Of a stretch of DNA of 64,000 bases, positions 52,080-63,008 are shown in pieces. The number at the start of each line of letters is the position of its first letter. The stretch's first letter is position 1. The translations under genes were made by a program, and so were the position numbers. This DNA comes from Alphaproteobacteria bacterium (GTDB taxonomy: Bacteria > Pseudomonadota > Alphaproteobacteria > UBA828): NCBI GenBank assembly GCA_963667785.2, contig CAXXMU010000005.1, positions 224,001-288,000 on the forward strand, read 5' to 3'. The notes beneath the pieces are model-generated. The model worked only from the letters and a program-made list of their open reading frames with translations, did not search any database and was not told the origin of the DNA.

Positions 52080-53267
52080 ATGGGTGGCTCGCCTCGCCTC
52101 GCCAGCACCGCCCGCCGCATCGCGTGCGCCTGTGCGCTGGCGCTGCTGCTCGCCGGCGGCGCGGCGCGGGCCGACTCGGTATTCGCCGTCGCGAACGTTC
52201 CCGTCGACGCCGAGGCGGCCTCGTCGGCGGAGGCCCGCGAGCTCGCTATCGCCGCCGGCCAGCGCGCGGCGCTGGAGACCCTGCTGCGCCGCCTCACCGT
52301 GGAGGGCACGCCGCTGCCCGGGCCTGAGCCCGATGCCATTGCGGCGATGATCGCGGGATTCTCCATCGACCGCGAGCTGGTCTCGGACACCCGCTACCGC
52401 GCGTCGCTGACGGTGGACTTCGATCCGCCGGCGGTGCGCGATCTGCTGCGGGAGAGCGGGATCGCCTACGCCGAGACGGTGAGCAAGCCGGTGCTGGTGG
52501 TGGCGGTCCAGCGCGGCCCCGGCGGGGCCCTGCTGTGGGACGAGGGCAATCGCTGGCGCCGGGTGTGGGAGGAGCGGCCCCCTCATGGCGGCCTGGTGCC
52601 GCTGCTGCTGCCGCTCGGCGACGTCATCGATCTCGGCACCATCGACGCCGCGCGGGCGCTGGAAGCGGAGGCGGACGCGCTTGCGGCGCTCGCCGGCCTC
52701 TACGGCACCGCCGAGGCGGTGGTCGCGGTCGCCGGGCTCTCCGGAACCGCCGCCGTCGCCAAGCCCGCCGCGCCTGCCGCGCACGCCACACCCGACCCGG
52801 ACAGTGCCGACGCCGAGGCCTCGGCCACCGGCCGCGCGCTCACGCTCTCGCTCCGCCGCAGCGCCGCCGGCGACCGGCGGGTCGTCGAGCGGACGCTGAT
52901 CGGCCGCGAGGGCGAGAGCGAGCGGGCGCTGCTGGAGCGCGGCGCGGCGTGGATCGTCGCCATGCTGGAGGACGACTGGAAGGCCGCCAACCTTATCCGC
53001 TACGACGAGCAGCGCGCCCTCCGGGTGAGGGCTCCCATCGCGGGTCTCGCCGAGTGGGTCTCGATCCAGCGGCGACTGGCGGGGCTCGCCACGGTCGCCT
53101 CGGTCGAGATCGAGCAGCTCTCGCGCAGCGAAGGGCGGCTCATGCTCCGCTACCACGGCACCGCCGATCAGCTCCGCCTCGCCCTCGACCAGGCCGATCT
53201 CGTGCTCGCGCGTGCGGAGGACGGCTGGGCGCTGCACCTCCGCAGTGCCGCCGCCGCGGGCGATTGA
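52080..53267 (+). CDS. DUF2066 family exported protein
   Basis: Signal peptide, VFAVANVPVD..A, YRASLTVDFDP..VR.LL, W...W, LPLGD, WK; typical position upstream of hdaA. Confidence 0.8.
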   Translation: MGGSPRLASTARRIACACALALLLAGGAARADSVFAVANVPVDAEAASSAEARELAIAAGQRAALETLLRRLTVEGTPLPGPEPDAIAAMIAGFSIDRELVSDTRYRASLTVDFDPPAVRDLLRESGIAYAETVSKPVLVVAVQRGPGGALLWDEGNRWRRVWEERPPHGGLVPLLLPLGDVIDLGTIDAARALEAEADALAALAGLYGTAEAVVAVAGLSGTAAVAKPAAPAAHATPDPDSADAEASATGRALTLSLRRSAAGDRRVVERTLIGREGESERALLERGAAWIVAMLEDDWKAANLIRYDEQRALRVRAPIAGLAEWVSIQRRLAGLATVASVEIEQLSRSEGRLMLRYHGTADQLRLALDQADLVLARAEDGWALHLRSAAAAGD

Positions 53268-53277
53268 GGGGCGGGCC

Positions 53278-53985
53278 GTGGCCGGTGCCGGGCGGCAGCA
53301 GACCTTCGACTGGGGCGTCCGCCCCGCCCTCGGACGCGAGGACTTTCTGGTCGCACCCTGCAACGAGGCGGCGGTTGCGTGGATCGACCGCTGGCCGGAC
53401 TGGCCGGGGCCGGCGCTGGTGATCCACGGCCCGCCCGGTGCCGGCAAGAGCCATCTGGCCGAGGTGTGGCGGCGGCGGAGCGATGCGGCGCTCGTCCCTG
53501 CGGCGGACCTCGCCGGGGCGGCGAGCGCGCACGCGCGGGAGGCGGGCGCGCTGGTCGTCGACGGACTCGGGGGGCCGATCGCAGAGCGTGCCCTGCTGCA
53601 CCTCTACAACCGCATCGCCGAGCGCGGCGGGCACCTGCTGCTCACCGCGGCGGGGCCGCCGGCGCATTGGCTGCTCGCGCTCCCCGATCTCGTCTCCAGG
53701 CTCCGGCTCGCGCCGGCGGCGGCGCTCGGCATGCCGGACGATGCGCTGCTCGGCGCGCTCATGGTCAAGCTCTTCGCCGACCGGCAGGTCGCGGTCGCGC
53801 CCGAGGTGCCGGCCTATCTCGTGCCGCGCGTCGAGCGCACCTTCGCGGCCGTCGCCAGCCTGGTCGAGCGACTCGACCGGGCAGCCCTTGCCGAAGGCAG
53901 GCCGGTCACGGTGCCGCTCGCTCGTGCGGTGCTCGCTGCGGGCGGGGAGCGAGCGGCCACGCCCGACGCGGTGCCCCGCGCCTGA
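53278..53985 (+). CDS. hdaA: DnaA regulatory inactivator HdaA/Hda
   Basis: N-terminal clamp-binding-like QQTFDW, GREDFLVAPCN, GPPGAGKSHL, LPDLVSRL, KLFADRQ. Confidence 0.9.
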   Translation: MAGAGRQQTFDWGVRPALGREDFLVAPCNEAAVAWIDRWPDWPGPALVIHGPPGAGKSHLAEVWRRRSDAALVPAADLAGAASAHAREAGALVVDGLGGPIAERALLHLYNRIAERGGHLLLTAAGPPAHWLLALPDLVSRLRLAPAAALGMPDDALLGALMVKLFADRQVAVAPEVPAYLVPRVERTFAAVASLVERLDRAALAEGRPVTVPLARAVLAAGGERAATPDAVPRA

Positions 53986-54084
53986 GTCCGGTGCGGCAGC
54001 GTGCCGCAACCCTCCGCCCCGCGGGGCCGGCTTTGTCTTGCCGCGCCAATGCCCATATTGTAGGCGGGAGCTAGGGGTAGCGGC

Positions 54085-56247
54085 ATGGCCAGGGCCAAGC
54101 GGGCCGTCGAAGCAGGCAGCTTCGCGCCGGCCGACAAGTTCATCAATCGCGAGCTGAGCTGGCTCGCCTTCAACGCGCGGGTGATGGAGGAGGCCGAGAA
54201 CCTCGACCACCCGGTGCTGGAGCGCCTGCGCTTCCTCTCGATCTCGGCCTCGAACCTCGACGAGTTCTACATGGTCCGCGTCGCCGGCCTGCACGGCCAG
54301 GTGGAGGCGGGCATCGTCGAATCCTCGCAGGACGGGCTCAGCCCCATTGCCCAGATCCGCGCCGTCAACGCGCGCGCCAACGCGCTCATGGCGCAGCAGC
54401 AGGAGCGCTGGCTGGCCCTGCGCGCCGAGCTCGCCGAGGCGGGCATCGCCATCCTCTACCGCAATCACCTCACGCCGGACGAGCGCGACTGGCTCGACCG
54501 CTACTTCATCGACCGCCTCTTCCCGGTGCTGACGCCGCTCGCGATAGACCCGGCCCATCCCTTCCCGTTCATTCCCAATCTCGGCTTCAGCCTCGCGCTC
54601 GAGCTGGTCGAGCAGGGGACGCAGCGCCTGGTCCCCTCGCTGGTGCGCGTGCCCAGCCAGGTGGAGCGCTTCATCCGCCTGCCCGGGGGCGAACGCGGCG
54701 CGGTTCGCTATATCGCGCTGGAGGACGTGGTGGAGCTTTACCTCGACCGGCTGTTCCCCGGCTTCAAGCCGCGCGCGGTGGGCCAGTTCCGCATCGTCCG
54801 CGACAGCGACATCGAGCTGGAGGAGGAAGCGGAGGATCTGGTGCGCTCGTTCGAGAGCGCGCTCAAGCGCCGCCGGCGCGGCAGCGTCATCCGGCTCGAG
54901 GTGGACTCCACGATGCCCCTGAGCATGCTGGAGTTCCTCACCGACCAGCTTCACGTCGACCAGCGCGACGTGGTCAAGGTCGAGGGGATTCTCGGGCTCG
55001 CGGACACGGCCATGCTCATCAAGAGCGGCCGGGCCGACCTCGAGTTCTCGCCTTACCGCGCGCGCTTCCCCGAGCGGATCCGCGACTTCGGCGGCGACTG
55101 CTTCGCCGCGATCAAGGCGAAGGACATCGTCGTCCATCACCCCTACGAGAGCTTCGACGTCGTGGTCCAGTTCCTGCGCCAGGCGGCGCGGGATCCGGAC
55201 GTGATCGCCATCAAGCAGACGCTCTATCGCACCAGCAACGATTCGCCGATCATCAACGCGCTGATCGAGGCGGCGGAGGCGGGCAAGTCTGTCACCGCCC
55301 TGGTCGAGCTCAAGGCGCGCTTCGACGAGGCGGCGAACATCCGCTGGGCGCGGGACCTGGAGCGCGCCGGCGCCCAGGTGGTCTACGGCTTCATGGACCT
55401 CAAGACGCACGCCAAGGCGTCGCTGGTGGCGCGCCGCGAGGCCGACGGCCTGCGCAGCTACGTGCACTACGGCACCGGCAACTATCACCCGATCACCGCG
55501 GCGATCTATACCGATCTCTCGTTCTTCACCTGCGAGCCCGCGCTCTGCCGCGATGCGGCGCTGCTCTTCAACTATCTGACCGGTGGCGCTGCGCCCGAGC
55601 GCTACGAGAAGATCGCGGTGGCGCCACTCGGCCTGCGGAGCGCCATCGACGACCTGATCGAGGAGGAGATCGCTCACGCCCGCGCCGGCCGGCCGGCGGC
55701 GATCTGGGTGAAGCTCAACTCGCTGGTCGATCCCGACGTGATCGAGGCGCTCTACGCCGCGTCCGCCGCAGGCGTCTCTATCGATCTGGTGGTACGCGGC
55801 ATCTGCTGCCTCAGGCCCGGCGTGCCGGGCCTCTCGGAGAACATCCGGGTGAAGAGCATCGTCGGGCGCTTCCTCGAGCATTCCCGGATCATGTGCTTCG
55901 GTGCGGGCCACGGCCTGCCCTCGCCGCAGGCCAGGGTGTTCATCTCGTCGGCCGACTGGATGAGCCGCAACCTCGACCGGCGGGTCGAGATGATGGTGCC
56001 GATCGAGAACCCGACGGTGCACGAGCAGATCCTGGAGCAGATCATGACGGCGAACCTCCGGGACAACGAGCAGAGCTGGACGCTCGATCCCGACGGCGCC
56101 TTCTCGCGCCTCGCCCCGGACGGCGAGCCCTTCAACGCCCACCGCTTCTTCATGACCAATCCGTCGCTCTCGGGCCGCGGCACGGCGCGGCGCGAGCCCC
56201 GGCTGGCCGTGGCGGCCGATGCCGGCGACGAGCCGCGCGACGGGTGA
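54085..56247 (+). CDS. ppk1: Polyphosphate kinase 1
   Basis: [69 protein letters not shown]. Confidence 0.98.
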   Translation: MARAKRAVEAGSFAPADKFINRELSWLAFNARVMEEAENLDHPVLERLRFLSISASNLDEFYMVRVAGLHGQVEAGIVESSQDGLSPIAQIRAVNARANALMAQQQERWLALRAELAEAGIAILYRNHLTPDERDWLDRYFIDRLFPVLTPLAIDPAHPFPFIPNLGFSLALELVEQGTQRLVPSLVRVPSQVERFIRLPGGERGAVRYIALEDVVELYLDRLFPGFKPRAVGQFRIVRDSDIELEEEAEDLVRSFESALKRRRRGSVIRLEVDSTMPLSMLEFLTDQLHVDQRDVVKVEGILGLADTAMLIKSGRADLEFSPYRARFPERIRDFGGDCFAAIKAKDIVVHHPYESFDVVVQFLRQAARDPDVIAIKQTLYRTSNDSPIINALIEAAEAGKSVTALVELKARFDEAANIRWARDLERAGAQVVYGFMDLKTHAKASLVARREADGLRSYVHYGTGNYHPITAAIYTDLSFFTCEPALCRDAALLFNYLTGGAAPERYEKIAVAPLGLRSAIDDLIEEEIAHARAGRPAAIWVKLNSLVDPDVIEALYAASAAGVSIDLVVRGICCLRPGVPGLSENIRVKSIVGRFLEHSRIMCFGAGHGLPSPQARVFISSADWMSRNLDRRVEMMVPIENPTVHEQILEQIMTANLRDNEQSWTLDPDGAFSRLAPDGEPFNAHRFFMTNPSLSGRGTARREPRLAVAADAGDEPRDG

Positions 56248-57797
56248 CGCAACAGCCCTCGGCCACAGGGCTCGCGGCCGACGCGGCAGCGCTGGCGGAG
56301 ACCGCGCCGCTCTTCCCGGCGCCGGCGCCGGCCCCGGCGGAGACGCCCTACGGCGTTCTCGACGTGGGCTCCAACTCGATCCGCCTCGTGGTGTTCGAGG
56401 GGCTCCGGCGGGCGCCGGCGCCCGTCTTCAACGAGCGCGAGCTGTGCGGCCTCGGCGCCACCCTGGCGGAGACGGGCGCGCTCGCGCCGGACGCGGTGGA
56501 GCCTGCGCTCGATGCGATGCGCCGCTTCGCCGCGGTTGCGGCGGCACTCGGCATTGGGCCACTCGACGCCGTGACCACCGCGGCGGTGCGCGATGCGCGG
56601 GACGGCGCGCGCTTCCGCCAGGCGGTGGCCCGCGAAACCGGCTTCTCCCTCAGGGTCCTTTCGGGCGAAGAGGAAGCTCGCTATGCGGCGCTCGGCGTGG
56701 TCTCCGCCTTCCCCGGCGCGAGCGGGCTGATGGCGGACCTCGGCGGCGGCAGCCTGGAGCTCGTCCGCCTCGACGAGGGACGGCTCGCCGAGCACGCGAC
56801 GCTGCCGCTCGGCGTGCTCCGCCTCGGCAATCTCGCGCCGGGCCGGCGCACCGCGCTTGCGGCGGGAAGGCTCGGCACGCTCTCCTGGCTGGACAAGGTC
56901 CACGGCGCGCCGGTCTATCTCGTCGGCGGGGCGTGGCGGGCGCTGGCCCGCATCCACATGGCCGCCCGGCAACACCCCATCGCGGTGGTCCATCACTATC
57001 GCATGACCGCGAACGAGGCGCGCCAGACGGCCAAGGCCTATGCCACCGCCGATCCGCGCACGCTGCGGCCGGGACCGGAGGGCATGTGGCCCAGTCGGCT
57101 TGCGACCGTGCCGAGCGGCGCCGCCGTTCTCCGGGCCCTGCTGAAGGCCGCAGCGCCGAGCGAGGTGCTGTTCTCCGCCTTCGGGCTGCGCGAGGGCCTC
57201 CTCTTCGACAGGCTGCCGGAGGCGGTCCGCGCGCTCGACCCGCTGCACGACGCCTGCCGGGCGATCGCCCGGCGCGAGGGCCGGTCGCTCGCCTATGCCG
57301 AGGCGCTGGACTCGTGGCTCGCGCGGGCGGCGCTGCCGGCCTTCGCGCCGCACCGGGAGCTGCTGCCGGCGGCGGCGTTCCTTTCCGAGATCGCCTGGCG
57401 CCAGCACCCGGACCTGCGCGCGGCCGATGCGTTCACGCGGATCTCGCGGGCGCCCTTCGTCGGCATCGACCATCCGGGCCGTGTGTTCCTCGCCCTTGCC
57501 GTCGCCACCCGCTACAAGTCGGCGCTGCCGGCCGAAGCCGACCAGGCGGCCAACCGCCTTCTGCCCGCGGAGGTGCAGGGCGCGGCCCGCGCGCTCGGGC
57601 TCGCGCTCAGGCTGGCCGAGAAGCTCTCCTGCGGGGAGCGCGCGGTGCTCGAGGGCTCGCAGCTCTCGGCCGAGGGCGACAGGCTCACGCTCAGGCTCGC
57701 AGCGGCGCACGAGCCGCTCGCATCGGGCAAGGCGCGCTCCGCGGCGGATGCTCTGGCGCGGTCGATCGACTGCACGCTGGTGCTGGAGACCGGCTAG
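56244..57797 (+). CDS. ppx: Exopolyphosphatase Ppx/GppA
   Basis: [39 protein letters not shown] at 56244 overlaps the ppk1 stop. Confidence 0.94.
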   Translation: MTQQPSATGLAADAAALAETAPLFPAPAPAPAETPYGVLDVGSNSIRLVVFEGLRRAPAPVFNERELCGLGATLAETGALAPDAVEPALDAMRRFAAVAAALGIGPLDAVTTAAVRDARDGARFRQAVARETGFSLRVLSGEEEARYAALGVVSAFPGASGLMADLGGGSLELVRLDEGRLAEHATLPLGVLRLGNLAPGRRTALAAGRLGTLSWLDKVHGAPVYLVGGAWRALARIHMAARQHPIAVVHHYRMTANEARQTAKAYATADPRTLRPGPEGMWPSRLATVPSGAAVLRALLKAAAPSEVLFSAFGLREGLLFDRLPEAVRALDPLHDACRAIARREGRSLAYAEALDSWLARAALPAFAPHRELLPAAAFLSEIAWRQHPDLRAADAFTRISRAPFVGIDHPGRVFLALAVATRYKSALPAEADQAANRLLPAEVQGAARALGLALRLAEKLSCGERAVLEGSQLSAEGDRLTLRLAAAHEPLASGKARSAADALARSIDCTLVLETG

Positions 57798-57853
57798 TAG
57801 GGAAACCGCGGCGGTGGCCTTGCGCGCGTTCGCGCGCTATGAGTGGCGCTCGT

Positions 57854-57938
57854 GCGGGCGTGGCGGAAGCGGTAGACGCGCGGGTCTCAAAAACCCGTTC
57901 CTTCGGGAGTGTGAGTTCGAGTCTCACCGCCCGCACCA
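57854..57938 (+). tRNA. tRNA-Leu(CAA)
   Basis: GCGGGCGTGGCGGAAGCGGTAGACGCG-CGGGT-CTCAAAA-ACCCG, long variable arm, GTTCGAGT, ends CGCCCGCACCA. Confidence 0.96.
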
Positions 57939-58015
57939 GCGCGCAAGCGTCTCCCCGTCTCCCCGTCTCCGCCCCTGCCGCTGCCCCAGCGCTGCCGCAT
58001 GCCAAGGAGAGGTCG

Positions 58016-58963
58016 ATGACCGTCCCTGCAACCCTCGATACGGTCGCCGTCGTCGGCAACGGCCGCGTCGGCCACGGAATGGCCCAGATCTTCGCGTCCG
58101 CCGGCCACCGGGTCGTCATGATCGGCCGGCGCGAGGAGAGCCTCGCCGCGGCGATGGAGAGGATCGCGACGAGCCTCGCCGCCTTCGAGGCGCACGGCCT
58201 CCTCACGGCACGCGACGCGAGCGCCGCCCTGGGGCGCATCCGCGCCTCGACCGAGCTCGAGGACGCGGCGGAGGCGCAGCTCGTCCTCGAGGCGGTTCCG
58301 GCGGATCGCGCCGTCCAGGACGAGGTCTACGGGCGACTGGACGAGATCTGCGCGCCGCCCGCCGTCTTCGCCTCGGGCAGCGGGCAGCCCGCCAGCGAGC
58401 TCGTGTCCAACGTCACCCACCGGGGGCGCGTGGTCGCCGCCCACTTCTGGTACCCGCCGCAGCTCATTCCCCTCGTCGAGGTCTGCGCCGGACCGGAGAG
58501 CGACCCGGACGTGGCGCCGTGGCTCTGCGACGTGCTGCGGGCGGCCGGAAAGGAGCCGGTGATCGTCGACAAGGAGGTTCCGGGCTTCATCGGCAACCGG
58601 CTTCAGTACGCGATCCTGCGTGAGGCGTGGGCGCTGTGGGCGGAGGGAGCGGCGTCGGCCGAGGCGATCGACACGGTGGCGAAGGCCTCCATCGGGCGGC
58701 GCCTCGCGATCACCGGACCCATCGAGTCGGCCGACATCGGCGGCCTCGATACGCTGCACGCGTTCGGCGCGTACCTGATCCCGCACCTGACGACGGACTC
58801 CCGGCCCGCGTCGGCGGTCGGCGCGCTGGTCGAGGCGGGGCACTGCGGCCTGCCGTCAGGCCGGGGGGTGTATGACTGGAGCGCGCGTGACGGCGCTGCG
58901 CTGCTCGCGGCGCGCGAAGAGGAGCTGTTCCGCCATCTCGCCAGGGACAAGACTGGGCTCTGA
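58016..58963 (+). CDS. 3-hydroxyacyl-CoA dehydrogenase family protein
   Basis: SD AAGGAG; VVGNGRVGHG, LEAVP, HFWYPPQLIPLVEV, PGFIGNRLQ, GPIESADIGGLD. Confidence 0.92.
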   Translation: MTVPATLDTVAVVGNGRVGHGMAQIFASAGHRVVMIGRREESLAAAMERIATSLAAFEAHGLLTARDASAALGRIRASTELEDAAEAQLVLEAVPADRAVQDEVYGRLDEICAPPAVFASGSGQPASELVSNVTHRGRVVAAHFWYPPQLIPLVEVCAGPESDPDVAPWLCDVLRAAGKEPVIVDKEVPGFIGNRLQYAILREAWALWAEGAASAEAIDTVAKASIGRRLAITGPIESADIGGLDTLHAFGAYLIPHLTTDSRPASAVGALVEAGHCGLPSGRGVYDWSARDGAALLAAREEELFRHLARDKTGL

Positions 58964-58999
58964 CCGCCGCCCGCCGCCAATTCGATCCGGTCGGAGGGT

Positions 59000-59794
59000 T
59001 CAGGCGATCGTGTCGAGAAAGTCCACGACCGTGGCGGCCAGCGCGTCGCCGCGCGTCTCCGGCAGCATGTGGCCGCCGCCGTCCAGCGCGCGATGGACCG
59101 CACCGGGGATCAGCGCCGCGAGCGCCGCGCCGAACCAGGGCGGCATCAACTGGTCGTCGGCCGCGGTCACGATCAGGACGGGGCAGGTCAGGCCCGGCGC
59201 CAGCGGGCGCGCGTCGAACGCCAGGATCGCCTCCAGCCTCTCCTTGATCTGCTCGGCATCCTGCGGCGCGGCGTTCCTGGCCAGCGTCTCGAATGCGTCC
59301 GCGTGTGCGCGGCGGTAGTCGGGCGGGAACAGCAGGCTGGCGTTGAACCGGGCGTAGCTGTACGGATCGAGCGCCCGCGCGGCGGCCACGCGCAGGCGCT
59401 GCATCGCCGTCAGATACGCGTCGCCGTGGCTCCACGGATTGGCCAGAACCAGCCCGGCGACCCGGTCCGGGCAGACCGCCGACAGCGACAGGCCGATGCC
59501 GCAGCCGGTGGAGTGGCAGAAGAGGTGCGCCCTCTCGATCTCCAGCGCGTCGAGGAGCTCCCCGAGCTCCGCCGCGCGGCCGGCCACGGTCGTGCCCCCG
59601 GGCACGGCCGCAGGCGCGCTTCGGCCGGTGCCGCGCTGGTCGTAGCGGACCACACGGAAGCGCTCCGCCAACCGCTCGTGGAACGGGCGCACGCCGCGCG
59701 GCCCGACGCTCAGCGGCAGCAGCAGCGCCAGCGCCGCGCCGCCGCCGCTCACCTCGTAGTGGATGTCGCCGCCTTCGATCCGCGCCAGGGGCAT
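59000..59794 (-). CDS. Alpha/beta hydrolase (RutD-like)
   Basis: YDQRGTGRS, CHSTG nucleophile elbow, ADDQLMP, GGHM. Confidence 0.8.
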   Translation of the reverse strand: MPLARIEGGDIHYEVSGGGAALALLLPLSVGPRGVRPFHERLAERFRVVRYDQRGTGRSAPAAVPGGTTVAGRAAELGELLDALEIERAHLFCHSTGCGIGLSLSAVCPDRVAGLVLANPWSHGDAYLTAMQRLRVAAARALDPYSYARFNASLLFPPDYRRAHADAFETLARNAAPQDAEQIKERLEAILAFDARPLAPGLTCPVLIVTAADDQLMPPWFGAALAALIPGAVHRALDGGGHMLPETRGDALAATVVDFLDTIA

Positions 59795-59904
59795 GTGCGG
59801 GACGTCCGTGGTCCGTGGTCCACGACAGGGGGGTGGCCGGTTCCGGGCGATCCCGCTCCCGCTCGACGCTGCCCGAGCGCTCTGCGGCGACGGCCCGCCT
59901 TGCC

Positions 59905-60744
59905 CTACGCGGGCGCGCCTGCGACGGGGAGCGTCGGGATGCGGTTCACGTCCTTGTAGAGCAGGTAGCGGAAGGGCCCGGGTCCGCCGGCGTAGCAGGC
60001 CTGCGGACAGAAGGCGCGCAGCCACATGTAATCGCCCGCCTCGACCTCCACCCAGTCCTGGTTGAGCCGGTAGACCGCCTTGCCCTCGAGCACGTAGAGC
60101 CCGTGCTCCATGACATGGGTCTCGGCGAAGGGAATGGACCCGCCTGGCTGGAAGGTCACGATGTTCACGTGCATGTCGTGGCGCATGTCGCCCGAGTCCA
60201 CGAAACGCGTCGTCGCCCAGGCGCCGTCCGTGTCCGGCATCGGCACCGGCGCGACGTCATGGTCGGAGGTCACGAAGCACTCGGGCCTGTCGACACCCTC
60301 CAGCGGCTGATACGCCTTCCGGATCCAGTGGAAGCAGGCGGGCGCGCTGCCCGCGTTCGCGACCGTCCAGCGCGTGGCCGGCGCGACGTAGGCATAGCCG
60401 CCGGGCGAGAGCGTGTGTTCGGCATTGTCGAGCGAGAGCCGCACCTCGCCGGCCATGACGAACAGCACGCATTCGACGTGCGCGCCGGGCTCCGGCCGCT
60501 CGCTGCCGCCACCCGGCTCGAGCTCGACGATCGACTGGGAAAAGGTCGTCGCGAAGCCGGCGACGGGGCGCGACAGCACCCAGGCGCGCGTGCCCTGCCA
60601 GTGCGGGAAGTAGCTGGTGACGATGTCGCGCAGCACGCCGCGCGGAATGACCGTGTAGGCCTCGGTAATCACGGCGCGGTCGGTCAGGAGCGCCTGCTGC
60701 GGCGGCAGGCCGGCCACCGGCGTGAAGTAGCTGCGCGCGCTCAT
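59905..60744 (-). CDS. allE: (S)-ureidoglycine aminohydrolase (bicupin, AllE/UGHY family)
   Basis: GLPPQ..LLTDRA, DIVTS, RPVAGFATTFSQ, DMRHDMHVNIVTF, ETHVMEHGLYVLEG, FRYLLYKDVNR. Confidence 0.92.
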   Translation of the reverse strand: MSARSYFTPVAGLPPQQALLTDRAVITEAYTVIPRGVLRDIVTSYFPHWQGTRAWVLSRPVAGFATTFSQSIVELEPGGGSERPEPGAHVECVLFVMAGEVRLSLDNAEHTLSPGGYAYVAPATRWTVANAGSAPACFHWIRKAYQPLEGVDRPECFVTSDHDVAPVPMPDTDGAWATTRFVDSGDMRHDMHVNIVTFQPGGSIPFAETHVMEHGLYVLEGKAVYRLNQDWVEVEAGDYMWLRAFCPQACYAGGPGPFRYLLYKDVNRIPTLPVAGAPA

Positions 60745-61090
60745 CGCTCGGCCACGCCTTGCCGAATGCTCATCGCGCACGTTCCTCCTTCGACCTTGTC
60801 GCGCCGCACCCGGCCGCCCGGCGCGGAGACCGCTCCCCGCACCCCCGGGCCGCGCGCCGGAGAGCGGCACTGTAGCCGCTTGCGGGAAGGACTCCCAATA
60901 GAGTTGTCTTCGGTCTCCCGTCGGGGATCGGCCGGCTGCGGAAGGCCCTCCCTGGTTTGCGCGGGCACCGGATTCCAGTAGGGTGCCAGGCAAACCGGCA
61001 CGAACCGGCCGCGAACCGCGCCTCTCGCCTGCCTTCTGAACCGGCAGGGGACGTGCGCTTCGCAAACCGACATGGAGGAGGTCGTAGCCC

Positions 61091-62098
61091 ATGTACAAGT
61101 TCGCTCTCGCAATGCTGGTCGCCGCCGTGGCGTGGGCAGGGTCCGCCAGCGCCCAGGAGGTCACGCCGTTCGCGCTCGACTGGAAGTTCGAAGGTCCGTC
61201 CGCGCCCTACTTCGCGGCCATCGACAACGGCCATTTCGAGGCCGCCGGCCTCAGCGTCGAGATCTCCGCCGGCCAGGGCTCCCTGGATGCCATTCCCAAG
61301 GTGGCCACCGGCGCCTTCCCGATCGGCTTCGCGGACATCAACTCCCTGGTCAAGTTCCTGGACCAGAATCCCGGCGCGCCGGTCATCGCCGTCATGATGA
61401 TCTACGACAAGCCGCCGTTCGCGGTCGTCGGCCGCAAGAGCCTCGGCGTCATGGTGCCGAAGGATCTCGAGGGGCGGGTGCTCGGCGCGCCGCCGCCTGA
61501 CGGTGCCTGGGCCCAGTTCCCGGCCTTCGCCACCGCCAACGACCTCGACGTCGGCAAGATCACCGTCGAGCCCGTCGGCTTCCCGACCCGCGAGCCGATG
61601 CTGGCGGAGGGCAACGTGGATGCCGTCACGGGCTATTCCTTCTCGTCCTTCCTCAACCTCGTCCGCCTCGGCGTACCGGAGGACGACATCTCGACCATCC
61701 TGATGGCGGATCACGGTCTCGCGCTCTACGGCAACGCCGTCATCGTGAACACCGACTATGCGGCCGCCAACGGGGACAAGGTCACGGGCTTCATCGCCGC
61801 GGTGGCGAAGGGGTGGAAGGACGCCATCGCCGATCCGGCGAAGGCCGTCGAATCGCTGGTGAAGCGGAACCCCGCCGCCGATGCGGCGCTCGAGACCCGT
61901 CGGCTTCAGCTTTCCATCGACGCCAACGTGCTCACGGACTACACCAGCGCCAACGGTATCGGCGGCATCGATTCCGCGCGCATGGAAAAGGCGCTGATGC
62001 AGCTCGCCGAGACCTACGAGTTCCAGAACGCGCCCGACGCATCGCTCTATTTCACGGACGCCTATCTGCCTGCGGCCGAGATGAGGATGCTCCAGTAG
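61091..62098 (+). CDS. ABC transporter substrate-binding protein, NMT1/THI5 family
   Basis: SD GGAGG; signal peptide; LDWKFEGP, FADINSL, GFPTREPML, LYGNA. Confidence 0.92.
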   Translation: MYKFALAMLVAAVAWAGSASAQEVTPFALDWKFEGPSAPYFAAIDNGHFEAAGLSVEISAGQGSLDAIPKVATGAFPIGFADINSLVKFLDQNPGAPVIAVMMIYDKPPFAVVGRKSLGVMVPKDLEGRVLGAPPPDGAWAQFPAFATANDLDVGKITVEPVGFPTREPMLAEGNVDAVTGYSFSSFLNLVRLGVPEDDISTILMADHGLALYGNAVIVNTDYAAANGDKVTGFIAAVAKGWKDAIADPAKAVESLVKRNPAADAALETRRLQLSIDANVLTDYTSANGIGGIDSARMEKALMQLAETYEFQNAPDASLYFTDAYLPAAEMRMLQ

Positions 62099-62213
62099 CC
62101 CGACCGCGGCAGCGTATGCCGCATGCTCCGGCCGGGGAGGCGGACCGGGTGGGACGAGCCTCTCCGGCCGGCGTCCAGACGCAGGGCGTCGGCCACTCAG
62201 CGGGCGGCCTCGC

Positions 62214-63008
62214 ATGGATGCCCTGATCGACATCAGGGACGTCAAGCTCAGCTATGAGACCGAGGGGGGGCGGCTGCCCGTCCTCGCCGGCGTCGACTTG
62301 CGGGTTCCCGAGGGGGGCTTCGTGGCCGTGGTCGGCCCGTCGGGCTGCGGCAAGTCGACCCTCACGCGCCTGATCGCCGGCCTGCTGGCGCCGGATGCGG
62401 GCGAAGTCTGGCTGCACGGGCAGCAGGTGACGGGCCCGAAGTCCTCGGTCGGCATGGCGTTCCAGAACCCGGTCCTGCTCGAATGGCGTTCCGTGCTGCG
62501 GAACGTGACGCTGCCGCTCGAGCTGGTGGCGCCTCGCATGCCGAAGCGGGAGAAGGAGGCGCGCGCGCGGCACCTGCTGACCCTGGTCGGCCTCGAGGGA
62601 TTCGAGGACAAGCGGCCGAGCGAGCTTTCCGGCGGCATGCGTCAGCGCGCGTCCCTCTGCCGCTCGATCGTGCACAAGCCGGAAGTGCTGATCCTCGACG
62701 AGCCGTTCGGGGCGCTGGATGCGTTCACGCGCGAGGACCTCTGGCAGACGATGCAGAAGGTGAAGTCGGAGGAGCCCTTCACCGGCGTGATGATCACGCA
62801 CGATCTGCGGGAATCGATCTTCCTGGCGGATCAGGTGATCGTGCTCTCCGGCCGTCCGGCGTTCACGCAATACACGATGCAGGTCCCGTGGCAGGGCGAG
62901 CGGGATCTCGACCTCCTCTACACCCCCGAGGGGGCGGACATGCTGGGGGAGCTTCGGCACCAGATACAGATCGCGCAGGGCAGGGCCCCGCAGGAGGCGG
63001 CCCAATGA
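62214..63008 (+). CDS. ABC transporter ATP-binding protein (NitT/TauT type)
   Basis: GPSGCGKST, LSGGMRQR, ILDEPFGALD, ITHD. Confidence 0.95.
   Translation: MDALIDIRDVKLSYETEGGRLPVLAGVDLRVPEGGFVAVVGPSGCGKSTLTRLIAGLLAPDAGEVWLHGQQVTGPKSSVGMAFQNPVLLEWRSVLRNVTLPLELVAPRMPKREKEARARHLLTLVGLEGFEDKRPSELSGGMRQRASLCRSIVHKPEVLILDEPFGALDAFTREDLWQTMQKVKSEEPFTGVMITHDLRESIFLADQVIVLSGRPAFTQYTMQVPWQGERDLDLLYTPEGADMLGELRHQIQIAQGRAPQEAAQ

Noticed and set aside
62128-62172. Hairpin between the binding-protein and ATPase genes
   Set aside because: Typical intercistronic stabiliser of ABC operons; not novel.
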